IMG/VR virus record: IMGVR_UViG_3300013121_000005
Span: 224,001-288,000 of that record
Source of the DNA: a virus
Lineage: Duplodnaviria; Caudoviricetes
Reading direction: 5' to 3' (one strand)
DNA length: 64,000 nucleotides
The stretch's first letter is position 1. Every line of letters begins with the position of its first letter. Made by a program: the position numbers and the translations under genes. Shown here piece by piece: positions 19,904 to 28,659 of this stretch. A model generated the notes under the pieces. That model was given only the letters and a program-made list of their open reading frames with translations, was not told the origin of the DNA and searched no databases.

Positions 19904-20227
19904 TTACAACGACGATTTGCTCGTTGCCTCTTGGTGAAGAGTATGCCAAGTCTTGAATAAGGCTTCCTTATGCTTACGCCTTGCTTCAAGCTGCTCTAGT
20001 TCTTCTTTGGCTAGATTGGCCTCTTGAAAGAACCGTACTGCTGCGAGTACATCCGCAAGCTCATCGACTAAGCGCTCCCTTAGGTTGGACCCGTCAAAGT
20101 GCCTCGCTTCTCCATGAGCCCCGATCAGTTTACCCAAAATTTGCTGAAGCTCTCCCATCTCTTCTATGAGCTTCGAGGTTCCTGGCCACACATCACTTCC
20201 AATTGAGAACTCTCCTTGTGCAGGCAC
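19904..20227 (-). CDS. MazG-like pyrophosphohydrolase
   Basis: KLIEEMGELQQ...DELADV. Confidence 0.75.
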   Translation of the reverse strand: MPAQGEFSIGSDVWPGTSKLIEEMGELQQILGKLIGAHGEARHFDGSNLRERLVDELADVLAAVRFFQEANLAKEELEQLEARRKHKEALFKTWHTLHQEATSKSSL

Positions 20228-20424
20228 TTACTTCTCCTAGGCTGAAGGGTTTCGGTAACGCTGAGCTTTCATCGGGTTGAACCGACGTACGAAGTAGCGA
20301 AAGCTGAACTCCTGCAATACCCCGCTAATACGGACTTGAATGGTCTGGTCCCCACAACCGCCCACGAGGACAGCCTTTCGGATACCATCGGACCAAACGT
20401 CTCTGGCTCGAATGTTGAGCACCC

Positions 20425-20718
20425 TCATGTCCAATCCTCGCAAATAGGAGTACCACGGCCAAGACCTGGGCGCTCACCATGTTTTTGATAGAACCATATG
20501 GTTGAGCAGATGGGGTAGTCGATGTACCACTTCTCCCAATGGCCCCCACGGAGTCGTCGATACCAACGGAAGTTACTGAAGAAGTAATCCAAGAGGTCAG
20601 CATTGCGATACCCCCAAGTGCCAACTGCACACCTAGGGCACCCACTCTGTTCTTTTTGGTGCGCTGAGCACACGGAATAGAATTCCTGAGTAAATGGCCA
20701 AATTCCTCGTGTTCTCAT
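20425..20718 (-). CDS. hypothetical protein
   Basis: CSAH...CPRC; GAGGAG SD. Confidence 0.55.
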   Translation of the reverse strand: MRTRGIWPFTQEFYSVCSAHQKEQSGCPRCAVGTWGYRNADLLDYFFSNFRWYRRLRGGHWEKWYIDYPICSTIWFYQKHGERPGLGRGTPICEDWT

Positions 20719-20741
20719 GGGCTCTCCTCAGGGCTTCACTC

Positions 20742-21113
20742 TCATTCGTCTCCCAACGGGAGACTTAAGTTTAGCTCGTCTACGGTCACTCGCCGCTTCA
20801 CAGCTTTGACCTCTTCAGTTAGCTCTTCCCGAATATCGGGCTTCCTAGCCAATACGTCTGAGAAGTTCAGAATCTCTCCTCCTAATACTCCCATAGTCGG
20901 CGACTTAGAAGGGGAATCAGGAATAGAGTCAAGGTTCTTTACATTTAGGTTTTCCAGAGGGTCCCTAATGGTCCAGGTCCACTCTGGAAGGTCCCACTCA
21001 TCAAAGTCATAACTTGATAGAGAACCAAGAGCTTCCTCAAGCTCTTCCTTGGTGTCGGCTACAATAGTGCAGTCGAATGTACGTTGGAGAGACACATGGA
21101 AGACTCGTGGCAT
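20742..21113 (-). CDS. acidic hypothetical protein
   Basis: Start coupled to the upstream stop; ends NLSLPLGDE. Confidence 0.6.
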   Translation of the reverse strand: MPRVFHVSLQRTFDCTIVADTKEELEEALGSLSSYDFDEWDLPEWTWTIRDPLENLNVKNLDSIPDSPSKSPTMGVLGGEILNFSDVLARKPDIREELTEEVKAVKRRVTVDELNLSLPLGDE

Positions 21114-22198
21114 TACTTCACCATTTCTTTCTGGCAGATTCGGGTTAAAGCAGCGTGGAAGACAGCATGGTTCTCCCATGCCTTCGCTTGGGGATCTTGG
21201 GGGCCCTGAGACGAAGAGGGATACCAACTGTACCGGATCCACGTAAGAGCCCAGTAAACGTGAGCCATTTCTGCTACATAGGAGAGAAATGACTTAGCTT
21301 TATGAAAGGGAACTTTCTTGGCAAGGAATAGCTTCCACTGGGAGGTAAGAGCTTCGGGTAAGTATAGGTTTGGCTCCAACCCCTCGCTTTGGGCTTTCTT
21401 GTACCCCTTGAATATGTGATCCCGAAAGTCCTGAAGGGATGTCAGCTTTCCTTCCCCAGCTCTTAGCTTCAGGAGGGCTTGCCACACATCTTCACGGATC
21501 ATTGCCTGTAGGACGGGGAGCGGCTTTTTGCTACTACTCTTTGGCCTTTCGGGGCACCCCCCAGGCTTGGTATGAACAAAGAGGTCTGCGGGATACGGGT
21601 AGTTACCTGTCCCTGCTCGAATGACCGTGGCAAAGTCCTTCTTCAGAACCTTCTGAGCCTTCTTCAGGGCAACTACTAAGTTGTCACCCTTCCAGCGAAC
21701 ACGAATGGTCCCATAGCCCTTTCGATCGACTAGAAACCCTTTACTCCAAAAGAGTTTGGCACCTACATAGCTTTGGAAAAGAGGCAACCCAGCCTTGGCT
21801 AAGCGGGCCTGTACTTTTCTTAGGGTGGGTACTTCTTTGGGTACTTTCCAGACACGACGAGAAGGGTAGGATGGAGGTCGAACAAGAATGCGCTCTTTCC
21901 TAAGAGCTACTAGGAGGTGCTCAAAGGTTAGGTTCTTATTGATGGCTATCTCATGAATCGAGTTGTCCCCCCAACCACGAGACACGAGATCAGCTTGAAA
22001 CCCTTCAAGCCAGAGGTCCTGTGCATGACCTTCCTCTACCTCTACAACAGATCCATAGCTGCTGTAGACGGCTCGTAAAGGAAAGGTTCGAGGGTACCAA
22101 TCTCTAGCTCCGTTAGAAACCAGTAAGAGAAATCGAACTGGGTCCCCTCCCTGAATGGGTAAGTTAGAGACTGCACAAGTGTAAGCGTAGTGCCCCAT
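21113..22198 (-). CDS. hypothetical phage protein
   Basis: MGHYAYTCAVSNLPI; start 11 nt after GGTGTA. Confidence 0.7.
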   Translation of the reverse strand: MGHYAYTCAVSNLPIQGGDPVRFLLLVSNGARDWYPRTFPLRAVYSSYGSVVEVEEGHAQDLWLEGFQADLVSRGWGDNSIHEIAINKNLTFEHLLVALRKERILVRPPSYPSRRVWKVPKEVPTLRKVQARLAKAGLPLFQSYVGAKLFWSKGFLVDRKGYGTIRVRWKGDNLVVALKKAQKVLKKDFATVIRAGTGNYPYPADLFVHTKPGGCPERPKSSSKKPLPVLQAMIREDVWQALLKLRAGEGKLTSLQDFRDHIFKGYKKAQSEGLEPNLYLPEALTSQWKLFLAKKVPFHKAKSFLSYVAEMAHVYWALTWIRYSWYPSSSQGPQDPQAKAWENHAVFHAALTRICQKEMVK

Positions 22199-22220
22199 AG
22201 AGGCACAACTACACCGATTC

Positions 22221-24056
22221 TTAGTCGTCTAGATTGAGTTGGCATGCTGCATGTTCAGCCAACTCAATTTCCTGGCTTAGTTTGGCTGAGGCATTCTTAG
22301 GTGCATCTTCTGGGCTAAGAGGTTGGCCTGGGTTATCCGGGATAGGACACCTCCCTTCCGCACCAGAGGGAATTCCTTTGGGGTTTCCAACGAGTTTCTT
22401 AACCACGAGACCGATCCCTTCTAGCTTCCGAGCATAGTGAACCCCATCCTCTTGCGGAAGGATGGCCTTGCCCAGTACATTGGGCACATGTACGGCACAA
22501 ACGACAGGAGCACCTTCACTCAGTTTCTCCACTGAGTGGCTCACTTCACCATAGACACCGGGGCGTTTGTAGCGAGACCTGATATGCTCTTTGATAGCAG
22601 ACTTTCCGGCTGTTGAACCGTCAGAGCCAAGAAGCCCCGTTTTCAGTCCAAGGGGGGTAGTTTTGTAAAGATTGAAAGCAATGGGCCCTTCCTCATTGAA
22701 GATCACCTCCCATTTGTCGTACTCAAGTAGCCCCATTGGACTTGTCACATGCATCCCGATCTTTTGGTAGGATGCTCGGTACATCTCCCAGATGGCTTCC
22801 ATCAAGTCCTTGCGATCGTTTCCTGTAACCCACTTTGTGTCAACACTGGCTTTCTTCGACTCTTGGGCCCCTCCCTTTCCAGAACGGTACAAGGAGCGTA
22901 CTTTTACACCAAGGCTTTCCCCAAGCTCGACCAACCAATTTTCGAGTTTGACTCCTTGGTAGCCGAGGTCCCAAGCATACATCTCGACGGCACCCTTGAG
23001 ACTTGTAGCTTCTAGCCCCTCACTCTTCCAAATTTGCCTCATGTACTCTTCTTGAGACTCTCTCCCTGGTTTTGGGCCCTTACGAGCGGCGGCTGTCTTA
23101 GAGGTACGCTGTACAACCCCCTTGGCCCAGTCAAAGTCCTCTGGGTACCGCCAACGCTCCATACTGGGAGCGTTACGCCACTCTTCAGGGGCGATATCGA
23201 GGATGGCTTTCCCGATATCTGCGACAGCTTTCGTCATAACTTTTTCGTAAGTTTGGAGAGACCGGTTACTGAAGCCTGCCCAATCCCCAGCGAACGCATC
23301 TAAGATGTTATGGGGTCGATGATAGAGGTCATCCCAAGCAAGAGGGACATCCTCACTCGTCCGAATAAGCCCAATCAGCTTACGAGACTCTTGCCACATT
23401 TCGTGGAATGCAAGGAGGTACTTCCTGGTCTCTGCAAATAGGTTAGTCAGGGCCTCATAGTTCAAAGGCTTGCCGCCCATACCAAGAAGGCTGGCAGTCA
23501 TTTCCCCTTGAAGTTTCAATAGGTTAAGGTACTTCTTGCCAAGCCGTACAGACTTGTTGACTAAACTCTGACAAAGAGCCTCAGCCTTGCGCATGTCTGG
23601 GTGGTCCTTGTGAGGGGCCTCCTCGATCATGTCCTGCATCTTGTCCAAGGCATCAGAATACTCCTCCAGGAAAAAGTCACGGAGGTGAATCTTCCCTCGC
23701 CCTAGGTCTGTCGCAAGCATGCATGCATCTACGGCTTGGGCCACTTCTTTGCTTGCAATGTCAACAACAGTTAGTGCTACGTTCCGCTTTCGAGCCTGCT
23801 CTTCCTGTGGACTCTTAGAAGGTTGGAAACGGTCGTGCCGTCTACCTTCTAGAACCTCCTTGGCGACATTGATCTCCACCATCTTCTCGTGACTGCCCCC
23901 ACGATCTGGATGGTTTTGGATGGCCATTCGACGGTAGGCTTTGGCGATCTCCTCAGAGTTCGGAACGTACCCTGGGGGAAACCCTAGGGTAACTTTAGCC
24001 TCTTCCAGGGACATAGACAGGAGAAGTCGAATAGCCAAACGATCAAATCCACTCAT
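22221..24056 (-). CDS. multidomain J-domain protein
   Basis: EAKVTLG...AYRRMAIQNHPDRGG; modules separated by KTAA/KKAS/KNAS. Confidence 0.75.
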   Translation of the reverse strand: MSGFDRLAIRLLLSMSLEEAKVTLGFPPGYVPNSEEIAKAYRRMAIQNHPDRGGSHEKMVEINVAKEVLEGRRHDRFQPSKSPQEEQARKRNVALTVVDIASKEVAQAVDACMLATDLGRGKIHLRDFFLEEYSDALDKMQDMIEEAPHKDHPDMRKAEALCQSLVNKSVRLGKKYLNLLKLQGEMTASLLGMGGKPLNYEALTNLFAETRKYLLAFHEMWQESRKLIGLIRTSEDVPLAWDDLYHRPHNILDAFAGDWAGFSNRSLQTYEKVMTKAVADIGKAILDIAPEEWRNAPSMERWRYPEDFDWAKGVVQRTSKTAAARKGPKPGRESQEEYMRQIWKSEGLEATSLKGAVEMYAWDLGYQGVKLENWLVELGESLGVKVRSLYRSGKGGAQESKKASVDTKWVTGNDRKDLMEAIWEMYRASYQKIGMHVTSPMGLLEYDKWEVIFNEEGPIAFNLYKTTPLGLKTGLLGSDGSTAGKSAIKEHIRSRYKRPGVYGEVSHSVEKLSEGAPVVCAVHVPNVLGKAILPQEDGVHYARKLEGIGLVVKKLVGNPKGIPSGAEGRCPIPDNPGQPLSPEDAPKNASAKLSQEIELAEHAACQLNLDD

Positions 24057-24087
24057 ACCCTGAAGGGTGCAATAAGAGGAATTTCAC

Positions 24088-25053
24088 CTAAGCCATGGTT
24101 AACGAAAGGAGGGCCATCCGTACATAGAGACCAGCTTTCACCTGGCGGAAGTAAGCAGCCCGAGGGTCGGTGTCGATCTCATTCGGAATCTCGTTGACTC
24201 TCGGGAGTGGATGGAGGATCCGAGCCTCCATCTTCATGTCCGCAACCAGCTCAGGGGTGAGGAGGCAGGAGTCCTTCACCTCATGGTATTCAGAATCGTG
24301 GGTGAACCGCTCTTTCTGGACGCGGGTCATGTAGACCACATCAGCCTGTTCAATGGCTCGGGCCGCTTCATGGAGCCCTGTTCGGACATGGTAGGTCTGG
24401 GCAACCTTGCTTTGAACTTCCTCGTAGAGGGGATTGTCTTCTCTATCAAGGCGAAGGAGCCAGGGGCTCACCAAGTAGAACTCGTTGCCTGAGAACCGGT
24501 TCAGAAGCCGAATCAGGCTATGAACCGTGCGGCTATGGGCGAGGTCCCCCACGAAGGCGACCTTCAAGTTGTCGGTCCGGTTCATCTCCAATTGGATCGT
24601 GAAGAGGTCCAGCAGGGCTTGGGTTGGGTGCTCGCCGATGCCATCCCCGGCGTTGATGAGGGGGACAGGGCTCACCTTGGCAGCCCGAGAGGCTGCCCCC
24701 ATCTCAGGATGGCGGAGGACGATTGCATCGGCATATTGGCCGAGGGTTACGATCGTGTCTTCCAACGACTCCCCCTTCGAGACGCTGGAGAACTGGACCC
24801 CTTGAGTGATAGGGATGACGTTGCCGCCCAGCTTTCCCATTGCAGCGATGAAGCTGGAAGAGGTCCTAGTCGATGGCTCGTAGAAGACACACGCGAGCGT
24901 CTTGCCCGCGAGGACCTGGAGAAGCTCCGTGGGTTTGGTCATCGCCATGGCTGTTGCGTGATGGAAAATGGTCTGAATCTTTTCCTTAGTGAACTGCCCG
25001 GCAGAAAGGATGTGTTGGTCTTCGAGGGGTCTCATTTGAGAGGGATACCCCAT
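24088..25053 (-). CDS. pyrB: aspartate carbamoyltransferase catalytic subunit
   Basis: FYEPSTRTSSSF, KGESLEDT, INAGDG..EHPTQALLD, YMTRVQKER, LHPLPR. Confidence 0.97.
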   Translation of the reverse strand: MGYPSQMRPLEDQHILSAGQFTKEKIQTIFHHATAMAMTKPTELLQVLAGKTLACVFYEPSTRTSSSFIAAMGKLGGNVIPITQGVQFSSVSKGESLEDTIVTLGQYADAIVLRHPEMGAASRAAKVSPVPLINAGDGIGEHPTQALLDLFTIQLEMNRTDNLKVAFVGDLAHSRTVHSLIRLLNRFSGNEFYLVSPWLLRLDREDNPLYEEVQSKVAQTYHVRTGLHEAARAIEQADVVYMTRVQKERFTHDSEYHEVKDSCLLTPELVADMKMEARILHPLPRVNEIPNEIDTDPRAAYFRQVKAGLYVRMALLSLTMA

Positions 25054-25072
25054 CAAAACTTCCACCGAATAG

Positions 25073-25200
25073 TAGAAGGCCCCTGAGATAAAACCCAGGG
25101 GCCTTCTAGCCGTTTCTTGGTTCGCGCTCCGGTCACTCGCGATATATGCCGGAGTCGACTCGGGCCTTACGGTTAGCCCGAAAGCTTGTTCACTTCACCT
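25073..25200 (-). promoter_or_regulatory. structured 5' leader of pyrB (three hairpins)
   Basis: TCGGGC/GCCCGA; CTCCGG/CCGGAG; 13-bp stem TAGAAGGCCCCTG/CAGGGGCCTTCTA at 25073-25108. Confidence 0.55.
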
Positions 25201-25222
25201 AAACGAAGAGGTCCTCAGGCTC

Positions 25223-25450
25223 TCAACGAGATTTCTTCCTCTTGTGCATCGCCTTACACTTGGCACACTTTTTGTAACCTGGGCCCCAGGTACCACACCA
25301 TGTAAGTACCGAATCTGTGTCCTGTGCCTCTCCGCAAAGCGACGTTTCCGGCTTAGACTTGACAGTAGCAAACAAATGAAGCGTTAGCCTATCTCTTGTA
25401 GGCATTGCATCAATGCGACCAAGAGGGTAGGATTCGGTCCGCCACCGCAT
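25223..25450 (-). CDS. small Zn-binding protein
   Basis: H...SLCG...CAKC. Confidence 0.55.
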   Translation of the reverse strand: MRWRTESYPLGRIDAMPTRDRLTLHLFATVKSKPETSLCGEAQDTDSVLTWCGTWGPGYKKCAKCKAMHKRKKSR

Positions 25451-25463
25451 GGGGTAACCCCTT

Positions 25464-25694
25464 TTAGTTCGGACCTGGTTGCGAGTCCTGGTTCTCTACT
25501 TGGTCAAGAGCTTTCTCTAGCTGATTCGCAAATTCAGGACGAGAACTAAGTTCCTGCTGAATAAGTGCCTCTAGCATGTGAGCCATAGGCCCACATGTAC
25601 TACACCAGTGGAGGTAGGTGTCAGGTTCGACGTCGGTGTAATCCATCCGAAACTTTGGGTCTGCTTCCTGGTTACAGTCGTTACACTTTGGCAT
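25464..25694 (-). CDS. small Zn-binding protein
   Basis: CNDC...CSTC; 9 nt after GGTGTA. Confidence 0.65.
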   Translation of the reverse strand: MPKCNDCNQEADPKFRMDYTDVEPDTYLHWCSTCGPMAHMLEALIQQELSSRPEFANQLEKALDQVENQDSQPGPN

Positions 25695-25697
25695 GCT

Positions 25698-26051
25698 TTA
25701 CTCTACACCATCGGAGTCGGAGTCTTTTAGGAGCCGCTCAAACCGAGTGAGCGGGATAATAAGCAGATGGGCCGTTTTGGCGCTGGGGGGCTTCCGAAGG
25801 GGTCGCGGTGCCCTGAGCTTCGGAGGGTGAAGGCGCTCCTCCGCTGGGAGGATGTTGTCGAGGATCTCAAATATACGCCTGTCTTCCTCCGCCTGAATCT
25901 GAGCGACCTGATCTAAGGTCCGACCGGCCGGAACGGCCACTGCATCTAAGGCATGCCTCACGTTCGGATCTTCACGAATAGCAGTGAGCAAGGCTTGGGC
26001 CTGGGCCCCTACCCTTACGTCTGCTCGTATCTGGAAGGTCAATGTGGGCAT
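25698..26051 (-). CDS. hypothetical protein with capsid-like segment and C-terminal TRFERL tag
   Basis: QIQAEEDRRIFEILDNI; ends PLTRFERLLKDSDSDGVE. Confidence 0.65.
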   Translation of the reverse strand: MPTLTFQIRADVRVGAQAQALLTAIREDPNVRHALDAVAVPAGRTLDQVAQIQAEEDRRIFEILDNILPAEERLHPPKLRAPRPLRKPPSAKTAHLLIIPLTRFERLLKDSDSDGVE

Positions 26052-26062
26052 GCCCCAGAGTT

Positions 26063-26080
26063 TACACCACCAATGGTGTA
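26063..26080. promoter_or_regulatory. back-to-back GGTGTA promoter motifs
   Basis: TACACC 26063-68 (11 nt before ATG 26051, minus) and GGTGTA 26075-80 (12 nt before ATG 26093, plus). Confidence 0.75.
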
Positions 26081-26092
26081 TATCAAGAGGTA

Positions 26093-26635
26093 ATGCCTGA
26101 TGACCTCAACGATGACCTTATGGAAGAGATGCGTGCCGCCGCTGAGCTAGCTGGTCTAGAGGGTCGTGTACTTCGCACCTCAGATGAACTTGCACGCCAA
26201 TTCCCTAAGCAGGAAAGAGGGCTGATTTGCCATCTTTGTGGGGCAAATCTCATCCTCAAGGATGGTCGCTATGGTCTTTTCTATGGGTGCAAACAGTGGG
26301 CAGAGACTCGTTGCAAAGGGTCTCAAAACTGCAACAGGGTAACGGCAGAAATCTATGAGCTTACCCAAGTACAACAAGTCTGCCAACTTATCCGTGCCAT
26401 CAAAGAAAAGGCACTTAGCACCGGGGAAACGATAACTCGAAAGTGGCTTAGGCAAACCCTAAACTTGAGGGAGGATGACCCTTGCCACTCTGAGTTGTAT
26501 GATAGCCTAAAGTACCCTCAGGTTAAGCGACTCTCTGAGACAAAGGACTACACTAAGTTCATCCGGGATGCCCAGGCATACCTCAGAAAGCGTGGGCCAT
26601 GGTCTCGGTATGATTTACTGGATAGGGAAGAGTAG
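26093..26635 (+). CDS. topoisomerase-type C4 zinc-ribbon protein with C-terminal SRYDLL tag
   Basis: CHLCGANLILKDGRYGLFYGC...RC. Confidence 0.7.
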   Translation: MPDDLNDDLMEEMRAAAELAGLEGRVLRTSDELARQFPKQERGLICHLCGANLILKDGRYGLFYGCKQWAETRCKGSQNCNRVTAEIYELTQVQQVCQLIRAIKEKALSTGETITRKWLRQTLNLREDDPCHSELYDSLKYPQVKRLSETKDYTKFIRDAQAYLRKRGPWSRYDLLDREE

Positions 26636-26641
26636 ACCACA

Positions 26642-27238
26642 ATGAGTATGCTCATTGACCTGTCTAAAGCTGACCCCGTTCTGCGGGCGATGTCTCTATG
26701 CAGATCCCCTCTCATAATTAGGACTACTCAAGATAGTAGGCTATTCAAGGCCCAGTCGACTTTCAATGAGTTTTGGACCCCGATCAAAAAGTCAATCTTG
26801 TTCAACCCTACGACCGCGAGGACTTCGACTGAGGTACTACTCAATGTAGGGGGGCTCTACAAGATAGAGTACCAAGTAGAAGGTCACCCTCATACGATTG
26901 TTTTCGGGGTCAAAAAACTAGAAGACTTCAAGACTCAGGTTGAGCTATGCCATCCTTTTGCCCCCCTAGACATAGTAGTCCACCATCGTCATTTAGCGGG
27001 CCAAGTAGAGTATTGGCCTACTCCTCTTTGTGTTGACCTACCCCCCGACTATTGGGTGAAATGGGTCTTTGATGTACCCTCTCTCAGTACAGTCAACATG
27101 GATACTCTGGGGGAAGTCTACCAAATGTCATCTGAACAGCTCCTTAAAACTATCCAGTCCTATATTGGCCTAAGCGGCCGGTATAAGCTTCTTTTGAGTG
27201 AAAAGGATGAGAGGCCCCCACATGAATCTCATCTATGA
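26642..27238 (+). CDS. hypothetical protein
   Basis: ORF in operon. Confidence 0.6.
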   Translation: MSMLIDLSKADPVLRAMSLCRSPLIIRTTQDSRLFKAQSTFNEFWTPIKKSILFNPTTARTSTEVLLNVGGLYKIEYQVEGHPHTIVFGVKKLEDFKTQVELCHPFAPLDIVVHHRHLAGQVEYWPTPLCVDLPPDYWVKWVFDVPSLSTVNMDTLGEVYQMSSEQLLKTIQSYIGLSGRYKLLLSEKDERPPHESHL

Positions 27239-28073
27239 TAGTCTAGACCTTGAGGAGTGTCGAAGAGACTTACGCAGAGCATTCAAGCCCAACCGCTGCT
27301 GCCGTTCGACTTTTGAGCATCTAACCTCAGCCCCTCTTATGGAGTGGGCTTCCGGTTCTGACACAAGGGCACTTGTTATCCCTGGGGGTAGCCGAAGGGT
27401 CATTGTCAATGAATTTCGAGAAGTTTTCCCCGTTCTGGATTGGGAAAAAGGGTCTAACTTGACCTATCCCGTACGTAAGGCTTTGATCCCTATGCAGTTG
27501 AGGACTCAGGCTCGCAAGTTCAAGCTGATCCCGCCTAACCCCTCGCAGATTCAATGGGACTTCCTTTGGGGCCTTACCTTACTCAACTGGGTGAGCATTG
27601 AAGAACCCCTTCGAGGAATGATTGAACGAAAAAAGTCCAAGTTGGCAAAGGTGTTTCGAGCCTTAGAGGAAATTCGATGGCAAGCCGTCGATCAACCTCA
27701 CCTCATCGAAGAATGGGTAGAGCAATTTGGGTATTGGCTGGAAGGGCACTCAGAGGTCCCAAAGTACTTAGACAGCATTGACCCCCTGAAGGAAACCAGT
27801 GAGCAGCTTGAAGCCTTGTTATTTCTGGTGACCTTAGCAAAGCAGCATGGTTTACTTGAAAGTAAGCTGTTTATCCACATTGCGGATATCCAATACCTTC
27901 AGACAGCAGAAGCTGAAAGACTGAGCGACACCCTACAAGCTATTAACAAGTGGGCGGTTCTTGGTAGTCCTTTGCGATTGCTTCTTAGTTGGGATGGGCT
28001 AGGCTCTTTACGGAAAGCCATCAGCCCTAAGCTGGCTCGAAAATTACAAGGTGGATTAGCTTGGACGAAATGA
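27222..28073 (+). CDS. hypothetical protein
   Basis: ORF in operon. Confidence 0.65.
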   Translation: MNLIYDSLDLEECRRDLRRAFKPNRCCRSTFEHLTSAPLMEWASGSDTRALVIPGGSRRVIVNEFREVFPVLDWEKGSNLTYPVRKALIPMQLRTQARKFKLIPPNPSQIQWDFLWGLTLLNWVSIEEPLRGMIERKKSKLAKVFRALEEIRWQAVDQPHLIEEWVEQFGYWLEGHSEVPKYLDSIDPLKETSEQLEALLFLVTLAKQHGLLESKLFIHIADIQYLQTAEAERLSDTLQAINKWAVLGSPLRLLLSWDGLGSLRKAISPKLARKLQGGLAWTK

Positions 28074-28130
28074 CTACTCAGATGATCTCTTGCCGAACCC
28101 TCCCCATCACAACTCCAAAAGGAGGTCGTG

Positions 28131-28325
28131 ATGGGCCATTTCAAGCGTTATCGAAGCAAGGATCGTCGAGCTGGGTGTTTACTCTGTAAGCCCCACAAAA
28201 GCTGTAAACTCAAGGACTCCTGGGGCAGTCTGCCTCAACAGGAAAAGCGGGCTATCCTTAGAGAGTTGGAACAGAAAGCTGAGGTTGAGTTTGGTCGAGG
28301 TGTGGACCGCGAGGATCTCGACTAG
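28131..28325 (+). CDS. small basic CxxC..H protein
   Basis: HFKRYRSKDRRAGCLLCKPHK; GGAGGT SD inside a hairpin. Confidence 0.65.
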   Translation: MGHFKRYRSKDRRAGCLLCKPHKSCKLKDSWGSLPQQEKRAILRELEQKAEVEFGRGVDREDLD

Positions 28326-28659
28326 AGACCCTGACGCCTTCAACATCACGAGGAAGAGTGGGGACCCCATCTTCGCCCCTTCGTGGTCCCTTCTGCGTTC
28401 GGCTCTCGACATCCGAAAGGCAGGTCGGGAGCAGACCCAGGAGGAATGGCGAGCGTACGCCCAGCGGTACGCGGTCGAGATGCAGGCGTCCCGGGTGGCC
28501 CATCGGACCGCCTGGGACGCCCTCCTTGCCCGCCAGCGAGTCGTTCTGACGTGCTACTGCACCAACCCCCTCCGCTGTCATCGTCGCGTCCTAGGGCTTC
28601 TCCTGGGGCACCTGGGGGCCGACTTTCGAGGGGAGCTTACTCCCGGGAAGTCAGGTTGA
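28285..28659 (+). CDS. DUF488-like protein
   Basis: FAPSWSLL...Y..EM...VVLTCYC...CHR. Confidence 0.75.
   Translation: MSLVEVWTARISTRDPDAFNITRKSGDPIFAPSWSLLRSALDIRKAGREQTQEEWRAYAQRYAVEMQASRVAHRTAWDALLARQRVVLTCYCTNPLRCHRRVLGLLLGHLGADFRGELTPGKSG

Noticed and set aside
25073-25200. PyrR-binding attenuator
   Set aside because: The PyrR consensus loop is not visible; retained only as an unknown structured leader
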